Part shown: piece after piece, positions 26,716-39,100 of the stretch
Layout of the letters: every line of letters begins with the position of its first letter
Numbering within the stretch: position 1 is the stretch's first letter
Origin: Sphagnum compactum
Lineage: Eukaryota
Direction of reading: 5' to 3'
DNA: 64,000 nucleotides
NCBI GenBank assembly: GCA_965153455.1
Contig: OZ234493.1
Coordinates: 33,532,213 to 33,596,212 of the forward strand
Program-made: the position numbers and the translations under genes
Notes under the pieces: model-generated
Databases searched by the model: none
What the model was told of the DNA's origin: nothing
Seen by the model: only the letters and a program-made list of their open reading frames with translations

Positions 26716-29160
26716 AAATTCAGGGCCCAAGTGCCCCACAGGCACCTTGGTAACCCTAACCACACACAATGGCCTATATCTGACACACTCGATAATATGA
26801 CAAGGGGTGTATCATGCTATGGCCTTGCCATTTACATTAAAAAGGTTTCTTAAGGCAAAAGAAGAATTATGGAAACTCAAATATTTCACCATACAAAAAC
26901 ATATTAATCTTCAAAAAAAATCCTCTAAAAGAAACCCAAATCCTTCAATATATCATAACTAAATAATTAATCTCAAAGTTTCAACACAAGCCAAAATATC
27001 ATCTTTCAAAAATCCTCGCATAAAATTAGATCCACTACCTAGGGGCCTATAAAAATCCCTTAAGCTACTATAATCTATTATGAATCTAAACACAATATCC
27101 TTAAGGGCCTTGGTAGGCAAGGCCAAAAAAGGTCCCCAAGAAGAAGGAGAATCTCTTACTTACACAACCTTAGCTTCTCAGCCACACAAAACACACAGAG
27201 AGCTGCTCCAGCCCAGGTTTAAGAGGGGATCCAACAGTGCCCTTTTTCCATGGACAACTGCTTAAATGCCCATGAGCTTTGAAGGCTATGGTGTAAACCT
27301 CTAGTAATCATGCTAAACCTTTATTACAATAAAGCACTATTAGGTGCCTACAAAAGGAGGAAGAAGAAGAAGAAATAGAGAGAATGGAGAAGGAGAGGAC
27401 CATAACTCCTCTCTAGTTCAATTGCTACATGTCAAATCTCTAAATACCAAAGGTCAATAATAAAAATTATATTTCAACAACCAACATGAAATAATATATC
27501 AGATAAGTTCTATCTCAATAACACATGATTCCCCTCTTTGTAGAGTTGCTCCCTAATAATACTCACTTTAAATTTTTTTTAATTTAAAAAAAAAAAAAAA
27601 CTTGTTTGTTTCTTTACTCAATGGCTTCCAAAGTTAAATACATTCTTTACAATTTTTGGCTATGGCCAAGAAATTCACTTTCTATTTTGCTTACCCAATA
27701 TTAATGTCCTACAAAACTTTATTTCATCACTCTTTCAAAACTTCAATTCTCTTGCTTGCTTCATGCACACATGGAGTTGAGTGAGTGAATTTGAGTGTTC
27801 TTCTTTTTCAATTTTGTGACGCAGCTAAAGTTGCCATCATTTGTAAAAAGATTTAGCCAAAAAAAAAATTTGAACAAAGAATTTGCAACAAAATATATTC
27901 TTTTTATATGTTTTTTTGAGGCCGAAATCTTGTGACATTTGAGAGGAAAAAAGCCCTTGGAACTTAATGTTGTTGCTTCATTTGCAACTGGGTGTGGCAT
28001 GTGCAGTTGGCCCCAAGTGTTATCACATCCTCAACTGACTTTTCCCTTCCAAAACCGGGTTTTTTGAAATTTACTTGAATTTTCAGCGACAAGAAAAAAT
28101 CATTTAAAAAATCAATGATCTCCCACATTCTGAATCCAAATCTTACCAAATAAATCTTACCATTAAATTCTGCTCATCAAGATCTTTCCAACAACACCAA
28201 AGGCACAACATTCCAATTCCTCTGAAATTTTTAGCAACGATTTAATTTAATTTAATTTTCATTGAAGAAATCATTCAATATTCAAGAACTTCTACACCGC
28301 AAGTCCAAAGGCCATCATGAAACCAAGCCAATGCATCCCTCCTCCTTGAGAGGTTTCTGAAGAGACCAAGACCGCAATCTGAAGCATCTCAGTTTGGAGG
28401 ATCTTATAAGTAAAAACAAAACAAAACAAACAAACTACCTTCCTTCATAGATAGATGGGGATGTCAGATTTCTATGGGCTCTGAAACTTTGGCAGAGCTC
28501 AGACAATTTCAAGTAGTGGTTTTCCAGGAATTTTTTAGTGTAGTCCAAGTGTTGTTCATACTCGGAAGATGCAGACAAAATTGGCTATCATGCCTGAGAA
28601 GATTAGCCAAATAGGCTGCAAAACCTGGATATGAAGTACAAATCTTTAATCAACCTTTTATATTTATGGCTACACACTGAAAACCAAGCTCGTGATTTTT
28701 TTAGTCTCATTATTTCTCACTTCTGGGCAGGCTTTTTTTTCTTTTTCTTTTTCAAATTTGTGATGTAGTTGGGTTGGTGATCATCCACAAGACAACTTCT
28801 TAACCAGATTTTGCTTACAGATTAGAGAAAACATTAGCAATAATTAGGATTCGTGTGCCATATTGTGTTGCCAAAATGCTGGAACTTGTTGTCTAAATGT
28901 GGCGATTCAGTTTGTTTTCCCCTCAAAAATAATTTGGCAAATTGTTTTGCGCCATTTTTTCCCAAAGAAAACCTTTGAAGAATTCACAATGCAAAGCAGA
29001 AGAAGAAGAAGAAGAAAAAAGAAAACCAGTGTGAATTCATTCGCCAGAAAAAAAACGCTGCTTCTGGCGATTGAAACATTGCAAAATCATTTGATTTTCG
29101 AAGTTTTAAATTTTTAAATTTTCTTTTTGGCGAAGATTCACTAGTGAAAAAACTGGCTGA

Positions 29161-29280
29161 TTTCTAGGCCAGGTTAAACAAGGGAAGCGGCAGCGCCGCT
29201 ATTTCTAGGCCTGGCTAAACAAGGAAAAGCGGCTGAGCCACTATTTCTAGACCTGGCTAAACAAAGGGAAGCAGGTGCCA
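29161..29280 (+). repeat. Three tandem ~41-bp repeats
   Basis: TTTCTAGGCC(A/T)GG(T/C)TAAACAAGGGAAGCGGC.. starting at 29161, 29202 and 29244. Confidence 0.8.
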
Positions 29281-29859
29281 CCACACCCGTGCTTGTCTGA
29301 CGAAACCGGCGCCGGGTCCGGTGACCGGTCACTGACTTATTTATTTACCCGCCCTTAGTAAACCGGAAACTCCCAAGTAATTGCGTTTCGCCCTTTTCTT
29401 TTATTATGTCTTTCTTCTTTTCTTTCACTAAAAGGCCCCCCCAAAAAGACAAAGAAAGATGGGCAAAAGAAACCCCTTGTTTTTCTGACATTTTTATTAA
29501 TTTTCACATTTTTCCTTTTTCTTGGTAAGAAGACAGGTGAAAGATTCTGTAAGCAAAAGTGATGAGAGGCCATGATTTCGGAAGTTGACTTTTAAAGTAA
29601 GTGAGAAAATATTTACTAGAGGTGAAAAGGTTGTGGGGGGGGGGGGGGGTTTAAAGATTAATCATTTTCGTTGAGCAGAGCGGTGAAAGAAATGGTGTGC
29701 GTAAACAGATATCTCTTTACGAGAAAAATGCAAATGATGAGAATTTACAGTCATGTTTTTGCTGACAAATTTATGTCGTCTAATGGACTCTCTGGTCCCA
29801 AACGGACGTAAAATTGTAAAACAGTAAACAGTGACAAAACATTTTTTGTGGTAGAAATC

Positions 29860-31765
29860 TTTTTTTTTTTAGTCCGAATTCAACTACATTTGCCAATTTT
29901 AGGAGAAAATTTCGCCAAATTTTTCAATATCATAAAACTTTGGGGGAAAAAACTCTGTTAGGCCTAAGCAAGGGTCAAACGAAAGAAAAGAATTTTTAAA
30001 AAAAAAAAAATTCTCTTCTTTTCAATTTTGTGATGTCAGAATTGGCGATACTTTCCAAAAAATTGGCAAAATTAATGGAATTTACCCCCCCCAAAAAAAA
30101 ACACTAATGAGTTAGGGCAAAACAAAAGGAGGTGGTTAAAAGAAAGGAATGGGGAGAGCTGTGTTTTTTCTTGGGTAAATTATACTAAATTTGCCCATTT
30201 TTTGATATCACGCAATTGGGGGGGGGGGGGGGGGGGGGGCGGGGGGGGCGGGGAGAGAACCCTAATGAGAAAGGACCAAAGAAAAAGTCGTTTAAAAGAA
30301 AGGAACGAGGAGAAATGAGTGTTTTTTCCTAGTGTAAACTAAACTAATTTTGCCAAATTCTTGCAAAACTTCGCCAGTTTTTAATATTCAAAAAAAGAAA
30401 AAGAAAAACCCTGATGAGAAGAGGCCAAAAAAAAGCCGGTTAAAAGAAAGGAATCCTGGGAAATGTGTTTTTCTATGTAAATTTTTACAAAGTGTCAAAA
30501 AAATTCAAAATTTTCTGCAAAATTTTCAATCAAATTTTTTAAAATGTTTTTAATTTTATTTATAATTATTTTATATTTTATTTTATATTTAAAAAAACTG
30601 ATGAGAAACCCTAAAACATTACATATGCCCATAATGGCCCCATAGTTGTTAATGCAGTCAGTAGAAGAGGACTGCAACAATTCTTTTGCCCTAGTCTGCC
30701 CTTTGCCCCAATGTTTTTTTCCTTCCCACCCCCCCCCCCCCCCCCTTTTGAAGCACAACAGCAGAGATGGGAAAGGGCCAAAAAAAGGCGGCTAAAAGAA
30801 ATAAATGGGGAGAAATGTGTTATTTCTGCTATAGATAAATTAGACTAAATCAGTCAATTTTTTGGAAAATTATATCAATTTTTCGATATCAAAACTTGGG
30901 GGAAAAAAAACCCTGATAAGAAAAAGGGCCAAAAAGAAGGCTATTTTTAAAAGAAGGAATCACGAGAAATGTGTTTTTTCTTGTGTAAAATCGACTAATT
31001 TTGCCAGAATTTTGGAAAATTGCGCCCAAATTTCGGACACCCAAAATTTAAATTAAATTATCCTAACAGTTAATCCTGATGACGAAGGGCCATAGCAAAA
31101 GGGGGATTAAAAGAAAGGGATCAGGAGAAATGTGTGTGTAATCCCTAGTGTAAAAAAAATCGACTAATTTTGCCAAAATTTTGGAAAATTTCACCCAAAT
31201 TTTGGACAAACAAAATTATGAGAAAAAAACACGAGATGTTCTGGGAAATGCAAAAAAAAAAAATGGCGGTTAAAAGAAAGGAATCAGGCAGGAGAAATGT
31301 GGTTTTTCTATTGCAATATCGACTAATTTTGCCAAAATTTTGGAAAATGTCGCCCGAATTTCGGACAGACAAAACTGGGAGGGAGGAAAAAAAAAAAGTG
31401 ATGTTCTGGGCAATGAAAAGAAAAAGTGGGTTAAAAAGAATGGAATCAGGAGGAATGTGTGTTTCTCTATTGTAAAATCGACTAATTTTGCCAAAACTTT
31501 GGAAAATGTCGCCCAAATTTCGGACATACAAAATTGGGAGAAAAAACAAGGGATGATGTTCTGGGCCATGAAAAAAAAAATGGCGGTTGAAAAGAAAGGA
31601 ATCAGGAAAAATGTGTGTTTTTCTATTGTAACAAACATCGACTAATTTTGCCAAAAAGAATTGGAAATTTTCGCCCCAATCTCGGACACACAAAATTGGG
31701 GGCAAAAAGAACGATATGAGTTCTGGGCAATGGAAAAAAGGCGGTTAAAAGAAAGGAATCCGACG
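29860..31765 (+). repeat. Tandem array of ~150-180-bp units upstream of SMR
   Basis: About 10 degenerate copies of GGCGGTTAAAAGAAAGGAATCAGGAGAAATGTGTGTTTTT..TCGACTAATTTTGCCAAAATTTTGGAAAAT..CGCCCAAATTTCGGAC. Confidence 0.85.
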
Positions 31766-32628
31766 GGAAAGGGCCGGGAAGGAAGGAAGCAAAGGGGACG
31801 ACGACGACGACGAAGAAGACGGGTGGTCGAGTGGAAAGCGCGCATTTGTGCAGTTTCTCCGCCGCGTTTCTCGCTGTTTTGCAGACGGACTTCGTGCGTG
31901 GCGTGCTAGGCTAGAGCGTCCGCATCATGTTCAGTTTCAAGCTCGCACTTGTTCTAGTCGCCACGATATCTGCAAGTTGCTGCTGTCGTTGTTGTGTCCC
32001 GCGCTGCAGTGTATGAAAGAAGAGCAGTTTGTTAGTTTTGTTATGACAACGGCGGCTTGCTCTTGTGCAGCCGGGCTTCGGTTTTTGTTCATGCGCATGT
32101 TGTTGCAGCACTAGTGTCGTCTATGAGGAAAGCGACTAGTGCAGGAAGACTCTAGGGGGTCGAGAACTGGAGACGAGAACAGGACTCGGTATCATCATCG
32201 TCAGAAGAAGAAGATTGTAGCCTCATTGTTGTAGTAGCAAAGCTGGGGCTTATGTTTGTTGTTGTTGTGGTGGCCGGTGGTTGTGGAAGGAAGAACTAGT
32301 TGGAGCTGCTGCTGCTGCCTCTGCTTCAAGAGTAGTGCTGGACAGAGAGCTAGTGCTGGAACTCATGAGGTTGTCAGCTACAGCTTGCAAACATGGAGAT
32401 TTCTTTAGCGACTAGCTAGGACATGAATTGAGAAGAAACAAATAGGCGGCTCGGAAGAAGCTGCAGCTGCATGCGCCATTGGTAGACTCGTTACTCCATT
32501 TGAGTTTCCGAAGGAGCACAGCAAAGAGGTGGAGTTTGTAAGGTTTCTGGGAGCAGCACAGACACTAGAGTACAGGGTTGAAGAAGAGAAGATTAGGCTG
32601 GGCAGCTCAGTGTAGAGCTGCTGCAGCT

Positions 32629-33198
32629 ATGGCGCCTGGCACCATGGCTGGTTGTTGCGGCCCTTCGCTGCAAACAACGTCGCAAAGACACGAGATGAAT
32701 GCAGGGAATAGCGGCGGCGGAAGTAGTAGTACTACTACTACTACTAATCTTACTACGGAGGTGGTCCTGGTGGTTGCGCGGTCGAGACGGAGGACGTTGT
32801 CGAGTATGGAGAACTGGGTGCAGTGTTTACCATTGCTTTGCATGTGCACTCCAATGCGCATGTCGTCGGGAAGCAGCAACCCTACATCTGAGCTTTGCAC
32901 CACTAGAGAGCAGATAAGCGGCAACTCTGCCGCGGACGCTGGCGACGAGAGCGAGCCTGCTGGGTTTGTGGTGGGAGGAGATCGTCAGCAGTACGGCAGC
33001 AGCCGCTTCAGTGATGAGACAACAGGCGCGAGAACTGCGACAAAGAAGCATAGAATACCGGAATTGAAGGCATGTCCTCCTGCGCCCAGGAAACCTCGAG
33101 CCATAGCCAGAAAACGCGTGCAACCCATACGGTTCTTCACCTCCCCAGAATTAGAGGCTTTCTTCTCCCAATACAAGCTACAAGCTGTGAAGTTCTGA
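32629..33198 (+). CDS. SMR: SIAMESE-RELATED (SMR) cyclin-dependent kinase inhibitor, intronless, about 189 aa
   Basis: First ATG at 32629 in ORF 32578-33198. C-terminal motifs HRIP..CPPAPRKP and FF.SPELEAFF are SIM/SMR family signatures. A later start (32644 or 32695) is possible. Confidence 0.88.
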   Translation: MAPGTMAGCCGPSLQTTSQRHEMNAGNSGGGSSSTTTTTNLTTEVVLVVARSRRRTLSSMENWVQCLPLLCMCTPMRMSSGSSNPTSELCTTREQISGNSAADAGDESEPAGFVVGGDRQQYGSSRFSDETTGARTATKKHRIPELKACPPAPRKPRAIARKRVQPIRFFTSPELEAFFSQYKLQAVKF

Positions 33199-36100
33199 GC
33201 TCCGGAGCTCCGGAGGGAAGAAGGAGCGAGCAGCTCCAAAGCTTGTTTTACTGCCAGCTTTAGGTCTTGGGAGCACGCGCATACACACACACACACAAGG
33301 TTTGATTGCAGTACAAGATCTGCACCAGGTGATGCAACTCCACATACACTTGCTTTCCTTGTACATGGGTTTTGATCATCAGAATGGGTTTTGAGGTTAG
33401 CATCTGGGCTGTGCACTCCTGTGTGCTTTTGAGCTTGCAGTCATGTAGTGAGTTGCCCTTGTAGCAGCTCTGGAAGAGAGAGAAGAATTCCTGTTTCTTT
33501 TTTTTTCTTAGCAAACACATGACCTCCACAGTGAAGAAGAAGATGATGAAGAAGAAAAAAAGAACTCAACTGTAGGAGGAGGAAGAGGAAGAAGAAGCAG
33601 CAGCTGCTGCTCAGGAGGAGAAAACTTCACATTTTAGACAAGTGCTTCTTGTAGCTGCAAAACTCCTTGTACTTAGGATGAGAGAAACATGATGCAAAGT
33701 GCATAGTTTTTTTGTAGAGTAAAAGGCCTCAGCAGCAGCAAGAGCCAGCACCATATCCATCTTGTAAAGGTTTCGAAGGTTTACATGCACTTTCCTTCTC
33801 CAACACCAAATTCTGGAATTTTGAAAAGCTCTGAAAGTTTGTATTGCTAATTTTCTAGTCGGTCTTTCTTTTGTGCCTGATGTTGTTGTTGGTTGTTTTG
33901 CCGCATGTTGTGCTGCTTTCTTTCTTTTGTGTATGTTTTTGTGCTCTCTTTGTTTTTCATTTCCTTTTTGTTTTCATTCACTTTGCAAAAATAGTTGTAC
34001 GTTTTGGTTTCTTCTAGTGCGCCCTCTAGTAAGACAAACTCTTCAAGGTGTCTTCATCTGTTGTGCCTGAATGCTTTTTGCAGCAACTTTCTGTGCTTGA
34101 CTTGTGGCTCTTGAAACCTCTTCTTCTTCTTCTACTCAAAACTCACATATATCCCAACTTTGATGTTGAGGGAGAAAAAGAAAGCAGCAGCACAGAGCAA
34201 AAAAATTATTTCAAGAGTCCTCAAGAAGCCCGTCCTGCCTGCAAGAAAGTCCTGACTTGAGGAAGAGTATATTTTAATGGTTGATATATGTGAACGTCCT
34301 AACTGTTTGGAACCACATTTGGGATGTGTATGCAGATGACTCAACTTTGATTCCCTTGAATGATACTCATGTAGCATGAACTGGAGTCTTGAGAGTAAGT
34401 ACAAATGCAAAGCATAGTGAAGAAGATGTGCACGTGTTTTCTTGTATGTACACACCAAAAATTATATTATTTCTTGAGGAAGAAGATGTGCACATTTTCA
34501 TCTGTCTGCTAACAGCAAAGAATGTATAATTTCTTGAGGTCACAAATGGGAAGTATGTTGTCCTCAAAGTTCCAAAAACTCAAGCTCACATTAGTTGCAC
34601 TGAGACAGGAGAAAGTCACATCAGTGTTTTGCTGCTCAGAGCTCTTTTTACTATGATGAAACCCCAGCCACATTCATTAGTTATTCCTCAAGCCTCTTTA
34701 CCAGGATCAAGACTCTAGACCCATTTTGGTTCTGCTCAAAGAAAGAGATTAAACTTTAAAGTCTTGGGACACCTGAAAGTCATGACCCCCAATCTGATGC
34801 ACAAAAAAACCACTTTTGAAACAAAATGGTTGTCATTCTATACAGGGATCTGTTGAGCTTTTTCCACTTGCCCAACATCTTTCATTCATTCTTTCAGTCA
34901 TTAGTCTCTTCACATGAGAAGGTTGGTGATCTTGGTGAAGGATGAGAGTTCAGTACTGCATCAAGAGTAAGTGAAAAAACAAAGTGTCAAAATTCACCTT
35001 AGCTAGGTACTGCCTATTTTTAGCACAAAAGGTGCAAAAGGATAACAGAGCATGGGGCTCAACAAAGGTCACATTTTGGACCTAGCTTCCAGCAGCAGTA
35101 TTGCCAATCTATCTGACACTGTGAGAGAATCACTCCCATGTGCTCCTAGTAATATCCTTTCCTCTGCAAAATGCCACAAATTTGGTGGGACCCATTTTGT
35201 CATACTAGCTATTTCATTACAGAAAGAAGAAGAAAAAGAAGAAGAAGTTCAGACCTGTGAATTGCAAGGAGAGAGCTCACCACTTTTGCTTGGCACTTTG
35301 CTTGGCAATCAGCTCACTTTTGCTTTACCAATGATTGTGTAAAAAGTTGGCTCATGTCACAAGCTTCTATGCAGGATGACACGATGCTCAAATAAAAGCA
35401 TCGAGGCCAGGATCTTACCATAGTTGTGGTGTGGTTTGAGTTTCACTGGCAACTTTGCAGATTGGGTGTTCGGGTGGAGGGATGGATCATGACTAGGAGT
35501 GTTTGGCAATCCCAGTATCTAGCATAAGACAGATTGAAAGCACTGTAAAAGTTTGCATCCATGTGTGTGGGTGCTGGTTATTTTTTGGAGTCAAACAATA
35601 TTTCTGATGGATGCTCAGAACCCACCACCATTCATGAGAGATATCATGTGATGATGCTCTCTAATCAGAAACTATTCTCACCTGCTCTTACAGAAAGAAG
35701 CTCTGTTGCTCTTATTATTTATTGGCCTTGCCTTGGTAGACAAGGATATTGTAGCTTGAGGGATTTTGGCCCCTAGGTAGTAGTAGGTCTATTTTCATAT
35801 GAGGATTTTTGAAAGATGACATTCTGGCTTGTTCTGAAACTTGAGATGAGTTATAGAATTATGATATCTTTGGAGGATTTTGGTTTCTTCAGAGGATTTT
35901 TCTGAAGAATATTTTTGCATGGTGAAATATTTGAGTTTCCATAATTCTTCTTTTGCCTTAAGATACTTTTTAATGTAAATGGCAAGGCCACAGTGTGACA
36001 CATCCCTTGTTAATAATACTTCTCCCTCCACCCCCACCCCCAATTTTTCTGTGACTTGGATCCCTTTCCCTTTCTTTTTTTCCCTTATGGCATATTATTG

Positions 36101-39100
36101 AAGTTTTTTCTGCCTATGTTTCTGTGATTTGGGTTTTTTTCTCCACCTTTTTTTTGGTTTTGGTTCTGCCTTTTGGTTTGATAGAGTATTAGAATAAATC
36201 CTCACCATTCATTTGACGGGTTTTGACATCTTTTTTCTTGATGCTTGACATATACATGTGTGTGTGTGTGTGTGTGCGCCAAACTTTTCTAGTGCCTGAA
36301 AGAAAGAACGGAAACTTCAAACTTTTAATTTTTGATTGAGTGAGAGAGTTTGGGTGGTTTCTCATGGCACACTAAAATTCAAATTGTAAAGAACTGGCCT
36401 CCATTCCATATTGTTACATTTTCTCCACCTAACAAGACCCTACTAAAAGCATCATCAATATTCAACATCAAATGAGACACGATGTGACTTTTGATGTTCT
36501 TATTACAAGAATCCTATCTCCTAAATCACCCGTGCTTCATGGAAGAAAAAGCATTTGTTTGCCTTAAGACTTTATTGAGGTTTTGGCAATTGAGATCCCA
36601 CTTATTGCTCTAGCCACAACATTTTTTATACTTCAAGTTGGAAAACTCAAATGACAATATACTTCCATACTTGATGAAATTAAAATTACTTTTTGCATTA
36701 GCCTCTCTATTGAGGTTTGGCGAATCAATATCTCACTTGTTGCTCCAGCCACAACATTCTTATGTTTCAATTGAAGAACTCAATTGATAAAATACTTTTT
36801 TTCAAGCTTGGCAACTAGTGACATTGCTTAGCACATTCACTAAACATGCAAGATCCAAAAAACAAACTCTTAGAAAATTGTGTGAAGAAAAGCTACAAAG
36901 AAAAGAAAGGGGACAAGAGGTGATGCCTACTTGCCATGCTAGTCTACAACTTAGGTTCTTAACAAGGATTTTAGGTCATCATGATTGACTTCGAGTCCCA
37001 AGTGAAATCATATTGATATTTGGTTCATATATGTGATATTTATAAAATTGAACATTTTAAGATTCCACTTTCACTATGACAACCAAATTTTCATGGTTGT
37101 TTATTTTATCAAAAAAAAAATTTACTTCCTTTCAAATTGCCCTTCAATATTTATGTGACAGGCATTGTGGATGCAACATAACAACCATGTTGTCGATTCT
37201 TAATTGGATGTCTAATGATGATGAGTGACATTTAGCAATTTGCTACCAATCTACCTCGTGCTTTCAAACTTGTTACACTTCACATTAATGTGTGAACAAG
37301 AAAATGATTTGCCCATCATTTGGCTAACCCAATGGTGGATCAATAAGAGGATGCAAGGTTCACACCAATGTTTAACAAATACATAGTTTGTTGGTTGGTA
37401 TATGACATGGTGAAGGTAATGGCATTCAAGGTAAAATCAATCTACTATGTGATTCATTACTTGGATTAGGTGCATATGAAAGTTCAATAACCAATACTAG
37501 GTGAAAGCATAGTAAAGTGTACAACTAAAAGTACTTGCTATTCTACTTATCAAGTGATCCAAAAGTAGAATCAAAACCCATCACAAAATTGTTATATATT
37601 CAATCTTTTTAGTTGAATGATAAACAACAAGATATTCTTTCATTATTACGCATTAACTTTTAAATTTTGCATTGTAAAAGTAGGTTTCAAATAGACTTTT
37701 CTAAATGCAAGTAGCTTTTAAAACCTACTTTCTATAGCGTAAGACAAGTATGTGTTTTGAAAGTATATTCTACCAAAGAGAAAGTAGATTTTTTTTGGTG
37801 ATGCCCTTGAATATACAATGATCTTTATGCTATAACTGCATACATGTATATTTCATTAAATTTTCTAACGAAAAAGTAGATTTGAACACCATTTTGTTCA
37901 ATCAATTTCAAACATATTTATTCCCTACTTTTATTAGTCCAATTTTTTTGAAATTTTATAATTCATTTACAATAAACCAATTGAAGGTTCAATAGTTTCA
38001 AAATGAAATTTAAGTAAAATTTGAATCTACTTCCTTGTATTTTTGTGAAAAACTACTGCTTTTTAAACTTGATATTTTTTCGTCAACTTTTTATGTATAA
38101 TCTTTCACCCTACTATCTACCAAATCATATGCTAACAAGATGTGGTAGACTACCTCCAATATTCATTACCAATTACCCTTGGTTTTGCACAACCAATATG
38201 AGTTGGGCATAACAATAAGATTGAACATTATGCATGGTGGTTGTTGTTAGATTGTGAAGTGTTTTGTAATAATTTAATCATGTGGTGATGGTGTGGTTTT
38301 AAAAGTTGCTATCAAAATTGTTTATGGTTCATTCGCATAAGGACTTTGAGTGATACATGTGACACCAAAAAGGTTGCATATAACTTTTGAAATTAGAAAT
38401 TTCTTCACGTTTGTTCAAACTCTAGATCCTTCTTTTGCTTACAATTGTAAATGTCCTTGGAAATGGGTGACATTAGACTTTAGATTTTATAATTGGGAAG
38501 AATTTCAAATACTTAACAAGAGTGATTCAAGGATATGGAACAATAATTATGATAATGAATATGAACAAAGAGAAATCTTCCTAGCACAAGAGAAATATGG
38601 CTAAGAAATTTGTGATGAATTATTACATTAAAACCATTTGTACAAGAAATAAATGTTGTAATTTGATATGTATACATGATTTGCATCTTTTGAGTACCTT
38701 ATTGACTTATTTACATATTGATGAACTCGTACAATGTTAGGAGCATGCGAAAATGTCACTTTTTTGTCCATTTAAGTAGGTATTTTGATATTCATATGAA
38801 TAGGGGGCAAACACCTTATGATGTATTTAATATGATGTATTATATGTTTTATCTATTCATATATTTGAAATTAATCATCTTAAAATTGTCATATTTTATA
38901 TATATATGAATCCCATGCTTTTGAAATACCTATAAAATAATACATATTTTCCATCAAACCCCATGTAATATAAAAAGTTTGAACATTTGAACCCAAAATG
39001 GTTTGAATGTTTGAAGATTTTGACACATAGGTGAAAATGTTGATAAAAATGTTTAAAGATGTCTTGACATTAATATTCAAAAAATTACATTTACCCATCA

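Noticed and set aside
29161-29280. CRISPR-like repeat array
   Set aside because: Contiguous tandem units without unique spacers, in a eukaryotic context with no cas genes.
31145-31909. Several overlapping 100-186 aa ORFs on both strands
   Set aside because: Translations of the tandem repeat array; low-complexity F/K-rich sequence with no domain.
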